A stretch of DNA of 64,000 nt from a virus, in IMG/VR virus record IMGVR_UViG_3300025154_000073, positions 1-64,000 of that record; one strand, given 5' to 3'. The notes under the pieces were generated by a model. The model did not search any database, was not told where the DNA came from, and saw only the letters and a list, made by a program, of their open reading frames with translations. This document shows positions 1-10,004 of the stretch, one piece after another. Every line of letters begins with the position of its first letter. Within the stretch, counting starts at the first letter, position 1. A program made the translations under genes and the position numbers.

Positions 1-5
1 GGGCT

Positions 6-314
6 GTGCCATCAGGGACTGTCGTCTACCAAAATCTATCCGTTAGAATTGAGCCTGCCAAGCCAAGTCAAGTTTTATTGGAACAAGGCTTACAAGTTCC
101 AACACTTTTCAATGTCATGTTATTTGCTGGAAACATTGAGGTGAAGCATAACGATCAGATTAGATTTACCGCTCCCGTAAATGACAGGTATTACAACAAA
201 AAATTTAGAGTTATAGGCGTTCAAAATTCAAGCAACGGATATTTTCAAGACAGGAATCAAATCAAATTGGTGGCTCGCAGATGGGAAGAATCGCATTCTA
301 ATAACCTACAATGA
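6..314 (+). CDS. Putative head-closure / head-tail adaptor protein (may be 5'-truncated)
   Basis: Small beta-rich ORF at the start of the head-tail/tail module; position and size. Confidence 0.5.
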   Translation: MPSGTVVYQNLSVRIEPAKPSQVLLEQGLQVPTLFNVMLFAGNIEVKHNDQIRFTAPVNDRYYNKKFRVIGVQNSSNGYFQDRNQIKLVARRWEESHSNNLQ

Positions 315-838
315 CAGATGACCTAATTAAAGGACTCAAAAGGCGTACCCGCGCATGGGGCGATGAAATAAAGAAACTTGCCAATCAAAATCTTGGCAAG
401 TTCAGAAGTCTTATATCTGTTACATTCAGGACGGTGGAGAAAGACGGGAGGGTTGGACTTGACATTACCGCAACAGCTACCGACCCCAAGAAACCTGTCG
501 TTCGTGCTTATGAGTATGGTTCGGGTATTCATTCAAGGGTAAAGAGACGCTCCCCACATCAACTTCCTGATGGCAGGATATTGATAAGACCAAAAACGTC
601 AGGGAAACTACTCGCTTTTCATTGGGAAATTGCAAACGCCAATCCTGAATTATTTGCATTTGATAAAAAGGGAAGAGTTTTACTTCCTGAGGTGAGACAT
701 CCTGGAGTCAAAGCCGCCAATAACGGAAAGGGCTATCTTTCTCCTGCTATTGCAAAAGTGCGTAGAAAGATGAGGAAAGAAATATTATTAGAGGTGCGGG
801 AGTCGGTAATGGGGCAATTCAAGAAAAAGTTTAAATAG
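311..838 (+). CDS. Putative neck/tail-completion protein (HK97 gp10-like)
   Basis: YEYGSG...HPG...YL.PA motifs, basic, synteny. Confidence 0.55.
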   Translation: MTDDLIKGLKRRTRAWGDEIKKLANQNLGKFRSLISVTFRTVEKDGRVGLDITATATDPKKPVVRAYEYGSGIHSRVKRRSPHQLPDGRILIRPKTSGKLLAFHWEIANANPELFAFDKKGRVLLPEVRHPGVKAANNGKGYLSPAIAKVRRKMRKEILLEVRESVMGQFKKKFK

Positions 839-855
839 AAAACACCGTGTTTACT
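837..855. repeat. Copy 1 of dispersed 19-bp palindrome AGAAAACAC-S-GTGTTTWCT (19 copies, listed in findings)
   Basis: AGAAAACACCGTGTTTACT overlapping the stop codons of two convergent genes. Confidence 0.9.
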
Positions 856-1741
856 CAAAAGACTTCTTCGCCAGTTCCTCTTTATACCACTCCGGAACCC
901 CACTAACAATTCCCCTTGAAATCTTGCTCCAAAAGTGCTTGAATAGCTTTTCTTTTATTTCTTCCTCACACTCTTTGAGCGTGTCTGCCGACACTTCTTT
1001 CATCAATGCGCCAATATCTTTGGGAGAACCGTCAAGCAATCCCCGTTCTTGAAGATGTTGAACGGACTTCTGCCATCTGGTGTTTGAACGATATTCCCCT
1101 ATCAAAATCGCCTCAATATCCCTATTATTAGGATTAGACTTTTTCCACTCGCCCTGATGAATCTCTTTGAAGGCTTCTGAGACATACTTCCCCATTGCCA
1201 CTTTCTTCTCTTGTGTAAAAACAGAGTAGTTTTTGATAACAACACCTTCAACCAGTGTTCCGCCTAGTACAGATTCTTTTTCAAGAAACGATTTGAATTG
1301 TTCAAAATCCGACACCTTGCCTTGATACATAATGGGAACACATTCAAGACCGATTCTCTCCGCTTCTGCAAGTTTTTCCTCATACGGCATATATTCCTCA
1401 AGACCCGTATTAATGTCAAAAATGATAATGAAATTCTTCGGGGTTCTGGAATATTTCAACGTGTTATGTTTCGGTGATTGAAGATACTCGCCTCTGTAAA
1501 ACCACCCATCGCGCAGAGGAAGTTCTTTGATGACTTCAACTGCCTTCGAGAACATCTTTTCGGGAGCATCTAAAATAATGTCTTTTCCCTTACTTCTGCA
1601 TACCAATTCTCCGTCTATTCGACCAAATGAGAACTGAGAACCATCGCACTTTTCTTCAATCAGAACATCCGAATCAAACAAATTGGCAATAGCCCTATGA
1701 CCGAGAGCGTAAATGGATGGGTAACTACTGATATGTTGCAT
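851..1741 (-). CDS. ATP-dependent RNA ligase family protein (Rnl2-like)
   Basis: Motif I EEKCDGSQ, YRGEY, IIIFDI, EGVVIK and K.VSE.FKE nucleotidyltransferase motifs; GGAG RBS. Confidence 0.8.
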   Translation of the reverse strand: MQHISSYPSIYALGHRAIANLFDSDVLIEEKCDGSQFSFGRIDGELVCRSKGKDIILDAPEKMFSKAVEVIKELPLRDGWFYRGEYLQSPKHNTLKYSRTPKNFIIIFDINTGLEEYMPYEEKLAEAERIGLECVPIMYQGKVSDFEQFKSFLEKESVLGGTLVEGVVIKNYSVFTQEKKVAMGKYVSEAFKEIHQGEWKKSNPNNRDIEAILIGEYRSNTRWQKSVQHLQERGLLDGSPKDIGALMKEVSADTLKECEEEIKEKLFKHFWSKISRGIVSGVPEWYKEELAKKSFE

Positions 1742-1811
1742 TTTCTCTCCTTTTCATGTTTGAAGGATACCATAAAGTAGGTGATAATTACTTAGAGGAA
1801 CATTAGAATTT

Positions 1812-2231
1812 ATGATCTCAAATGCAGACATCCAGAGCGCATGGATTACAAAGCTAAAAGCGAACACGTCAATAACAAACCTAGTTTCCGCTGTGGAAAT
1901 ACGAGAAGATTCATACAAGGGAACGGATTTCGTATATCCCAACATTCGCGTGAAACTTGGAAACCTGACCCCGCAGAATCCCAACAAGAACTGCCAAGTT
2001 TTTAATTCCAAAGTCTCAATTCTCGTCTTTACGGAGGAGAAGTCCTCAAAACAGGCAGATCAAATCGCTGGTGTGATAGCAACACAGTTTTGGGGGCTTA
2101 CATTTTCAAGCAATGGGGTTCGTTTTGCGGGAGTGACATTAGAGTCCGTATCACCCGCGGAAGTGCCCGAAAGTGATGTGAATTCTTGGCTTGCAAGCAC
2201 AAACTTTAGCTGTACTGTTCAGACTGGATAG
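1812..2231 (+). CDS. Putative tail terminator / tail completion protein
   Basis: 139 aa, YPNI motif, located upstream of the major tail protein. Confidence 0.6.
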   Translation: MISNADIQSAWITKLKANTSITNLVSAVEIREDSYKGTDFVYPNIRVKLGNLTPQNPNKNCQVFNSKVSILVFTEEKSSKQADQIAGVIATQFWGLTFSSNGVRFAGVTLESVSPAEVPESDVNSWLASTNFSCTVQTG

Positions 2232-2242
2232 GAAGGATATTT

Positions 2243-2539
2243 ATGCAAACAAACTTTTCAAAACGCGCTGTCTCTGACACAAAAGCCGTAGTTGAATTAA
2301 AAGTACAAGAGACTACAATTAAGAAAGCACAAAGAGTCGCTGTTTATTCTATTTACGACGCCAGACTGAGCTATGTTGGTCGCGTGAGCGGTGAACAATA
2401 TATCTGGAGCAAGATAGATGAATCGGTTCTCGTGTTAACTGAGGATGTGCCGTATCTCTTGGAAAAGAGGCTCGGCTCTCGAAGTTGCTGTGGCGGAATG
2501 AACCAAGATGGCAACCGAGTTTTTGAAATTAGGAGTTAA
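2243..2539 (+). CDS. Hypothetical virion-module protein
   Basis: ORF with GGAAGG RBS in tail operon. Confidence 0.5.
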   Translation: MQTNFSKRAVSDTKAVVELKVQETTIKKAQRVAVYSIYDARLSYVGRVSGEQYIWSKIDESVLVLTEDVPYLLEKRLGSRSCCGGMNQDGNRVFEIRS

Positions 2540-2541
2540 TT

Positions 2542-3177
2542 ATGACAACGTTAACCACAGGAACCCCGCAAGGCAACGTTGATACCCAAGAGGATTTGTA
2601 TATTGAATCGTCTCCATATATCTTCATTCAGGATAACACGGCAAACCCGCTGAACAATCCTGATTCAGATGGTTTCTATTGGGGACTAAGTGGAACTACA
2701 ACCTATCCGGTCTATGAATTAGGCTGTATCCAAGACGTAAGCCTTACCGAAGGGTTAACGATGAACGATGTTCGTTGTGACACCGTAGGTATTGTGGATA
2801 CTGTTCAGAGACGGGATTATGTGGAGTTCAACTTTACAATCCTTTCGTTGTTCCCGCTGGTCACTTCCCGACATCCTCTCAATCTGTCCGTTCCTGTTGT
2901 GGCAACTGGCTATGAAAAAGTTGGAATCGGTCAGATCAATAATGTTCGCAAGTACATGGTCTACGCGCCAATTGTCTATGACGCCGATAATGGAGACTAT
3001 CTTTTGTTCCATCTCCACAAGGCTAAGTTCGTGGACGCTTGGACGATTGACTTCAAATCTGGTGGCAACCCCTGGGCTATCACTGGTCTGAAACTTCGCG
3101 GTTATGCAGATACTACGAAACCCGCAACCCAGCGTTTCGGAGTTATCGTGAGATCGGATTTGAGTGCCTTGCCGTAA
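2542..3177 (+). CDS. Major tail (tube) protein
   Basis: 211 aa, T/G-rich beta-type sequence, AGGAG RBS, upstream of chaperones and TMP. Confidence 0.7.
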   Translation: MTTLTTGTPQGNVDTQEDLYIESSPYIFIQDNTANPLNNPDSDGFYWGLSGTTTYPVYELGCIQDVSLTEGLTMNDVRCDTVGIVDTVQRRDYVEFNFTILSLFPLVTSRHPLNLSVPVVATGYEKVGIGQINNVRKYMVYAPIVYDADNGDYLLFHLHKAKFVDAWTIDFKSGGNPWAITGLKLRGYADTTKPATQRFGVIVRSDLSALP

Positions 3178-3179
3178 CC

Positions 3180-3806
3180 TTGAACATCGGGTTTCGCAAA
3201 TTTATAAATCTCGAAAATAAAAAAATCAAAATCGTATCGGCAACAGAGGATGAGAGTTTTCCTGAAAAGGTCTACTCTTATCTCTCTGTTGCTTTTGATA
3301 TTCCAGTCAAGAAATTAGAAAAGAAAGATTGGCAAAAGACACTACTCGATATGACCGAGGCGATGAGAAATTTCGCGCCCGACAGTTCCCTGCCGCTTCT
3401 ACAAGGCTCTCCACAGAAAGAAAAGCCTGCCGATTGGGATTACGAAGATAGGGCGTGGGCTTATCACTCTCACGTCCTAGCAAAGGCTTATGGGTGGACA
3501 CTGGAATACATTGCAGAACTAGGTGTCAATGAAGCCTTAGCTCATTTACAGGAAATATTAGTAGACGAACAGCTTGAAGATGAGTTCATGTACGGATTGA
3601 GCGAGGTTGCTTATCCTTACAACAAATCAACCAAGAAGAGTGAGTTCAAGCCCATGAAACGCCCCTACTTCATGCGCCCGTCTATTTCAAGTGCGATCAA
3701 GAAGGTCAGGATTAGAAAAGATATGTTGCCGCAGGGACGTATCATTGATGTAAGTGGGATGCCAGAAGAGTATGCAATTCCTGGACTTGTCACAGAAAAA
3801 GGATGA
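3180..3806 (+). CDS. Putative tail assembly chaperone
   Basis: LAKAYGWTLEYI.EL motif typical of chaperone-like proteins between MTP and TMP. Confidence 0.55.
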   Translation: MNIGFRKFINLENKKIKIVSATEDESFPEKVYSYLSVAFDIPVKKLEKKDWQKTLLDMTEAMRNFAPDSSLPLLQGSPQKEKPADWDYEDRAWAYHSHVLAKAYGWTLEYIAELGVNEALAHLQEILVDEQLEDEFMYGLSEVAYPYNKSTKKSEFKPMKRPYFMRPSISSAIKKVRIRKDMLPQGRIIDVSGMPEEYAIPGLVTEKG

Positions 3807-3815
3807 GAAAACACG

Positions 3816-4121
3816 GTGTTTACTAAGAGAAAACTAAACCTAAGAAAAATTCACAAATTGTATCTAACCCTAAAACATTGCCTGCCTGTAAAAGAACATC
3901 AATACCTCATAGATCAGATAGACGAAATACTGGACAAGGCACAGGATGGCATGATGGTTAGATGTCTTGGAATTATGTATAACAAGGATTTTAGTAAAAA
4001 ATCGTATGTTGAATTGTTGACTTTGTTTATCAAAGGACTAAGAGAAAACGACTTCTTTGCATACGTCAATTTCATAAAAGGAATGTCAAAAAGTGATACT
4101 AGTAATAGTACCAAGAAGTAA
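3816..4121 (+). CDS. Hypothetical protein (tail chaperone region)
   Basis: GTG start lies inside palindrome copy 3806-3824. Confidence 0.45.
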   Translation: MFTKRKLNLRKIHKLYLTLKHCLPVKEHQYLIDQIDEILDKAQDGMMVRCLGIMYNKDFSKKSYVELLTLFIKGLRENDFFAYVNFIKGMSKSDTSNSTKK

Positions 4122-4647
4122 TGTTGAACTGAACGCAAAAACCGCCCTGACAGAACTACGGGGATTACTGTCTGGAAACACCGCTGAGTTCGGTCAATTT
4201 CTGATTCTCAAAAGCGAAGAGTGGAATATGCCCGCCAAAGTACTTCTTGGTCAATTTGAGAAACTTGGCGCAGAATTTTCAAACAAAAAAGATGCGGGCA
4301 AGGAATTGTATGTAGGCGTAAAAAAGTACCTAGACAATCCAGTTAGTGCAAATAGTGCACATACTGAAATGCTAAGTTCCGAAGATGCTGAAAAACTTGT
4401 ATCCATCATTGCCAAATACATTGACTTGGACACCATTGGAGAACTGACGGGGAAAGAGTTTGCGCTTCAATTATTCAACAAAATGGACTTAGATGAAATA
4501 GTGGTAATTGAAAAACTTCTGTTGGGTGATGATTTTTCTGAAACACCCACATCTGAAATAATGAACTTGTGTATTAAGGCAATGATAAGAAATAATTTGT
4601 TGAGTCTACTCAAAGTCTATAATACGGGGGGTAATAATGGCATCTGA
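4093..4647 (+). CDS. Hypothetical protein (tail chaperone region)
   Basis: ORF overlapping TMP start; C-terminus weakly resembles the 3816-4121 product. Confidence 0.5.
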   Translation: MILVIVPRSNVELNAKTALTELRGLLSGNTAEFGQFLILKSEEWNMPAKVLLGQFEKLGAEFSNKKDAGKELYVGVKKYLDNPVSANSAHTEMLSSEDAEKLVSIIAKYIDLDTIGELTGKEFALQLFNKMDLDEIVVIEKLLLGDDFSETPTSEIMNLCIKAMIRNNLLSLLKVYNTGGNNGI

Positions 4648-7393
4648 ACAGGTCAGATTTGACATTCTAATTGAAGCCAAGATTGCTATGGCAACTATGA
4701 AAGAGTTGCTAAAAGACACTCAAGACAATAACATCAAAATGAAGGCTTTTAGCAATACGGTGTTGGAGTCCAGCAGGGCGTGGGGGAGGTCTTGGCAATA
4801 TGCTCTTGGAATTTACAAACAACTTAATGCGGAACTCTCAAAAGCGCACAAACCCACTATGTTTGGAAATGTGGGTGGACAAGATTTGTTTGCTGGTACG
4901 GGGAAAATTCTTCAGGGTATGGAGGATGGTGGAAGAATAGCATCCAAAGTTGCGGAAGATGTTAAGAAAGTACCTAAAGCCTTAAACGAAATCCCCCCTG
5001 CTGTACAAAAAACCTCCAACGCATTCGGAAGCATGATAAACGTAGTCAAGGGTGCGATCACCGCCATGCTGACTCTTGCTGCTCTGCGTGCCGTTACTCA
5101 GTTCTTTACTGGCGCAATAAAAGCCGCTCAGGATTTCAGGGCGCAATTACTTTTGCTGAATTTTTCAGAAGCAATTCTTTCGCAGAAGGGGATGGATATA
5201 ACCCGCGCCGAACTGGATAAGTTCGTTACGGATGTAGAGACCAAGTTCAAGTATCTGTCTAAACTACAGGCGATGACGATAGTAAGCGAAACTGCGGGGG
5301 CTACTCAGGAATTTGGCATATCCAAAGAGCAACTTGGGGATTTGACCAAAGCAATTGCATTTATCCAACTCAAAAATAAGATGCTTGGGCGCGAAGATGT
5401 AGACGCCGCTCACATCATCAACGCCGCAATGGACGCTCGCTCCAATTTCTTCAACGGAATGGGTATCAACATCACCAAGAGTATTGTAGACCAAAAAGCC
5501 TATAATATGGGATTGGCAAAATGGGGAGAAGAACTTACTAAAGACGCCAGATTCCAAGCCATTCTTGCGCTACTTGTAGAACAAACATCATCGAAGCAGG
5601 AAGAACTTAATAAGCAGTTAGAGGGGACTCCACTCGGCAATCAGATGAAGTTTAGCAAAGAGTGGGCGGATACAATGCTTGAAGTAGGAACTTCTCTACT
5701 TGCAGTAAAGGACAACCTGATTGAGCTATGGGCTAATATAAACGCCAATCAGGGTACTTCTAACGCTATTATAGCATTTTTTGAAAATCTAACTGGCAAT
5801 ACAAACGATTTTATTAACGCTTTGGATAATGCAAATGAAGTCCTTACTATCTTTGCGGCTACCGAAGACGCTCTCAATAAAAAATATGGGGGGAAAGATA
5901 AAGGCGGAATTTCCCTTAATCAAATTGTTGGATTTCTAACCTTCAATCTTTGGCAAGCCATCATTCAGGGGCTTGCAACTCTTACAGCCGAAATAGTAGC
6001 GTGGGCCGCAACCCTGTGGATAGAAATAGCGTCAGGCACTCCTTTTCTTGAGGCTTGGAAAAGCGCGGGGAATAGTGCAGTAGAAGCGTGGACTTCTGGA
6101 TGGGATAAGGCTTGGAAAATCTGGAAAGGCGAAGCAGAATTATTTACGCCAAATACGCCTGCACCTGTACCAAACACTCAAAGAGAGGCGGGCTTTGGCG
6201 GAGGGCATAGCGTTCCTTCTGGCGGGGGAGAAACACAAGAAGAAATCAACGCAGAAATGCAAGAGAAGCTGGACAAATTTAATCAAGAAATACTTGAAGC
6301 CCAACTGAAACTCGCACAGGACATGGAAGATGCGGCGATAGACCTGGGGCGAAAACTTTATGATATTACGGTTGAATATGAACAGAAACGCGCAGACGCT
6401 TACAGAAATTATCAAAATAGAATTGACGATATCAATAGAGATTTTGACGAAAAAATAGAAGATATTAATCGTAAGCAACAGGAAGATAAAGCTAAAGAAC
6501 GGCAGGATGAACTAGAACGGGAACGAGAGTTTCAGAACAAGATGCAGGAGTTGAAAGAGAACTTCCTGATGGATTTGGATGATGCCCTTCATGCTCGCGA
6601 TGCCCGCCAAATTTTACGACTTATCAAACAATATAACCTTGACAAACTTCAAGCTGAAAGAAAAAACGCCCTTGATGAACAATCAGCAAAAGAAAATGCA
6701 AGGATTCGCCAAAAAGCATTTGATGAACAACGCAAACAAGCAGAGGAAGAAAGAAAACAAAAGATCGCTGATGCACAACAAGACCTCAATGATAAACTAG
6801 CCCAACTTGCTCTGGACGAAGCCCTTGAGATTCAAGCGGCTAATTTGAAATATCAAAGAGAGATAGAAGATTTAACTCGTCACATGCAGGACAGGCTTGA
6901 AATTATTGCGGCTAATCTTGCAATGGAATATGCTACTACGGCAGGTTGGTTGGCGGCTATCGTTGCTGTATACAGACAATACTATGCCGATGTAAGTGCC
7001 ATCTACGCCGCTATACAAACCATGATGAGTGGAGCAGGAATTTCAATGGGAGGAACAGGTGGAAAACTTCCAGAAGCTGGTGGAATAGGTGGAGTAGATA
7101 ATCCTGGAATGGGCGGAGGTTTCCGCTTTGCCAAGGGGGGTACACTCTTTGCCAATCGTCCAACTAATGTTACTTTTGGTGAAGGTGGACTTGAAATGGC
7201 AACCTTCACTCCTCTTGACAGGCGGGGGCAGGATACAAATAAAATATTCTCGTCTCTGGGCGGGGGCGCAAATGGTGCAGACGGAAAAATAAGTATTGAA
7301 TTATTACTATCCCCTGATTTAGAATCAAGGATAGTGAGCAACACTCTGAATAAAACAGCGGATATTGTGACTCGAATAAGGAACTCGAAATAA
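4637..7393 (+). CDS. Tail tape measure protein
   Basis: 918 aa, helical/coiled-coil, hydrophobic segments, C-terminal FAKGG...GEGG.E motif. Confidence 0.85.
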   Translation: MASEQVRFDILIEAKIAMATMKELLKDTQDNNIKMKAFSNTVLESSRAWGRSWQYALGIYKQLNAELSKAHKPTMFGNVGGQDLFAGTGKILQGMEDGGRIASKVAEDVKKVPKALNEIPPAVQKTSNAFGSMINVVKGAITAMLTLAALRAVTQFFTGAIKAAQDFRAQLLLLNFSEAILSQKGMDITRAELDKFVTDVETKFKYLSKLQAMTIVSETAGATQEFGISKEQLGDLTKAIAFIQLKNKMLGREDVDAAHIINAAMDARSNFFNGMGINITKSIVDQKAYNMGLAKWGEELTKDARFQAILALLVEQTSSKQEELNKQLEGTPLGNQMKFSKEWADTMLEVGTSLLAVKDNLIELWANINANQGTSNAIIAFFENLTGNTNDFINALDNANEVLTIFAATEDALNKKYGGKDKGGISLNQIVGFLTFNLWQAIIQGLATLTAEIVAWAATLWIEIASGTPFLEAWKSAGNSAVEAWTSGWDKAWKIWKGEAELFTPNTPAPVPNTQREAGFGGGHSVPSGGGETQEEINAEMQEKLDKFNQEILEAQLKLAQDMEDAAIDLGRKLYDITVEYEQKRADAYRNYQNRIDDINRDFDEKIEDINRKQQEDKAKERQDELEREREFQNKMQELKENFLMDLDDALHARDARQILRLIKQYNLDKLQAERKNALDEQSAKENARIRQKAFDEQRKQAEEERKQKIADAQQDLNDKLAQLALDEALEIQAANLKYQREIEDLTRHMQDRLEIIAANLAMEYATTAGWLAAIVAVYRQYYADVSAIYAAIQTMMSGAGISMGGTGGKLPEAGGIGGVDNPGMGGGFRFAKGGTLFANRPTNVTFGEGGLEMATFTPLDRRGQDTNKIFSSLGGGANGADGKISIELLLSPDLESRIVSNTLNKTADIVTRIRNSK

Positions 7394-7394
7394 A

Positions 7395-7763
7395 ATGCAG
7401 GGCGCATCAGGAACTTTTGGAATCAACGGAACAGATTTTATTCTCCCCCCTTCAACCGCCGCGTGGGGTACTCGTGACACGCTTGGAATTGATGGGAATG
7501 GACATCCTATCTATCCCGCTCTCAGAACTTTTGAAATGATGTGGGAACTCGCCAGTCCCTCAGATGTCAAACAACTCATAGACACATATAACTCTGTGAG
7601 CAATACAGGAACAGTTGTATTTGACCTTCCCAAATGGGGAGATGCAAATTATATTTTCTATTCTTATTCGGGATGCGTTCTAAGAGAGGCTGAAACCGGT
7701 GTGTATTTCAACGAATATATTACCGATGTTCGCGTAATTATTGATAAAGTGAGGACTACTTAG
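7395..7763 (+). CDS. Putative distal tail protein
   Basis: Immediately after TMP, 122 aa. Confidence 0.55.
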   Translation: MQGASGTFGINGTDFILPPSTAAWGTRDTLGIDGNGHPIYPALRTFEMMWELASPSDVKQLIDTYNSVSNTGTVVFDLPKWGDANYIFYSYSGCVLREAETGVYFNEYITDVRVIIDKVRTT

Positions 7764-10003
7764 TGATACTGACTTCTCCAGATTTGGAGCTACTTCGCAC
7801 CCGCCCAAGCACAACTAACTTAAATCTATTCATCTTCCAGCCCCGCTCGGTAATGAAGTGCAGAGTAAATGACGCATCCATAGCAAAGGGAGCTAGAGAG
7901 ATAGTCTACAACGCCGTGTCGCTTGGGTCTTATCTGGACGTTGAAGCTAATATGACTATGTTGGTAGGAACAAGCGCAGGGGCTAGTGATGTGGGGCGTA
8001 TAAGAATACGCTCGGCGGATGGGAGTCAATTTGTAGTAAGCGAAAACTCAAACATAGAATGGTCAAACGCCCTGCATCTTACAGTTTTGAGATATTGGGA
8101 AATATGGCCTATTTTTCCAAGAATCATTCCCGATCCAGCAGTTACAGATAATGTTATCTTCTACAAAGACTATGATATTGCATACACAAACCAAAATACA
8201 ATTCTTGGTACTTTTGTAAACGCAGGACCACACAGACCCGTTCTAATTGAAAACGGCACAGGGACGGTCTACTATTCATCCAACGGTATTTACAACGTAC
8301 TGGGAGATGCGCTTAGTTTCAATTGGGCATTTGAGGGAGGGACTCCAACAGGAAGCGTATCTAACACCCCTGGCAATGTTGCTTATACAGTTCCAGGTGA
8401 TTATGTAACAAGGATTATCGTTACATCTGCATCTGGCGCAGTGGATACTACATACAGATACGTTTCAGTAAAAAACAAGATTGGCGAGGGAAGCACTACT
8501 CCAACCATTAGATGGGAAATGACAAATCTTGCGGGTTCAAGGGGCGAGGCTGGGTACTCTGCCGAATTCACTGTATTTGACAATATTACTATTGACGAAA
8601 ATGCGGTAGTCATGCTTCTCGCTGATGACTGGTATGGTGGGACACATCAATCTCTTGGCGGCAACTTTCCAAATGCAGAAAAGATTTTCTTCGTTGGATA
8701 TATTGACAAGGGAAGTTTGAAATACAATTATAGAGAAAGCTCATATTCATTTACAGCATCCAGTATAACAGCACTAATGAAAAAGGCTTCTGGATTTTCA
8801 GTTTCAGTTGAAACGTCCGCCGCTCCCGATACATGGTTTAAGTTATTGAATCTTGATTGCCGCAGGGCAATTTATCATTACCTTCGCTGGCACAGTACGG
8901 TACTCAATACCACAGATTTTGAGTTTAATGGAACAGATTATCCAATTCAATACTTTGACGCTGACAGAACTTCACTATTCGATTCAATTGACAGTTTCCT
9001 TCGTGGAACACTTGTTGGAACAATGTCATCAGACCGTCAAGGTAGGTTGTACGCAGAAGTTGAACCGATGGCATACTCAGACCCAACAGGCTCGTTCACT
9101 CCTGTTATGGAGATAACCAATCGGGATTGGATGGGACAGCCTGAAATAGAAGAAAAGCACGGAGATACGGTTTCCTATGTCGAGTATGGCGGAGTTGCAT
9201 ATAGCGGAACATCAGGCACATTTCTCGCTCTACTTGCAGATGCGCCAGGTGGTGTGCCTGCGTTTAGGGGAGATGTGGAAAAGAACTCGGGTTTAGCACT
9301 TGCAGATCAGACACAATTGAATGCTCTGACTGGTAATATATATGCCAATAAGAATTCACGTTACCCATCCATAAGTTTGGACATGGCAATTCCTCCCAGA
9401 AATCTTGACATCGCTCCGTATGAAACAGTTCAGGTTATTGTAAATTCTGGAGATACTGTTCGTGGGATTGCACTGAATAAGTTATACATTCCTGACACGG
9501 CGTCATGGCAGTATGACCCCAAAAATCAAATTCTTCTCTCATCAATTACGTTTCTAAATCTTGTCAACGGACAACCTGGGGAGACTATCACCATTCCAGA
9601 CGCACCTCCCGAAGATGGGTTCGACCAGCCCGGAATTGACATTCCCAACATTCCAATATTCACACCAGTTCCAATATCTAATTCTCCTACATATACATGG
9701 GTGATAAAAATGCCAGGAGTCGGAGGAATTCCCGGACCCAGACTACCCCAAGATCATACAGCCCTGCGGGTTGATGCTTATTGCGTAGGCGGAACTTCGG
9801 TAACTTTCAATATAGAGATATGCTCTTCTGCTGGAGGTGGTGGAACAGATATATTAGCGGCAGATGCGGTTGCCACTACAACTGCGGGTACAGCAGTTCC
9901 AGCGGTATCTGCAATTCCTCTTGGAAGTTGGCTCTGGTTGGACATCTCCTCCGTATCTGGGGCAGTAAGCGAATTTGTAGTTACTTTGGCAACATCAGGA
10001 TAA
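7763..10003 (+). CDS. Tail/baseplate hub protein with PKD-like domain
   Basis: 746 aa; W.FEGGTP...Y..PGDY PKD-like motif; synteny. Confidence 0.6.
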   Translation: MILTSPDLELLRTRPSTTNLNLFIFQPRSVMKCRVNDASIAKGAREIVYNAVSLGSYLDVEANMTMLVGTSAGASDVGRIRIRSADGSQFVVSENSNIEWSNALHLTVLRYWEIWPIFPRIIPDPAVTDNVIFYKDYDIAYTNQNTILGTFVNAGPHRPVLIENGTGTVYYSSNGIYNVLGDALSFNWAFEGGTPTGSVSNTPGNVAYTVPGDYVTRIIVTSASGAVDTTYRYVSVKNKIGEGSTTPTIRWEMTNLAGSRGEAGYSAEFTVFDNITIDENAVVMLLADDWYGGTHQSLGGNFPNAEKIFFVGYIDKGSLKYNYRESSYSFTASSITALMKKASGFSVSVETSAAPDTWFKLLNLDCRRAIYHYLRWHSTVLNTTDFEFNGTDYPIQYFDADRTSLFDSIDSFLRGTLVGTMSSDRQGRLYAEVEPMAYSDPTGSFTPVMEITNRDWMGQPEIEEKHGDTVSYVEYGGVAYSGTSGTFLALLADAPGGVPAFRGDVEKNSGLALADQTQLNALTGNIYANKNSRYPSISLDMAIPPRNLDIAPYETVQVIVNSGDTVRGIALNKLYIPDTASWQYDPKNQILLSSITFLNLVNGQPGETITIPDAPPEDGFDQPGIDIPNIPIFTPVPISNSPTYTWVIKMPGVGGIPGPRLPQDHTALRVDAYCVGGTSVTFNIEICSSAGGGGTDILAADAVATTTAGTAVPAVSAIPLGSWLWLDISSVSGAVSEFVVTLATSG

Positions 10004-10004
10004 A

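Noticed and set aside
3180-4647. Programmed tail-chaperone frameshift
   Set aside because: No convincing slippery heptamer identified at the ORF junctions
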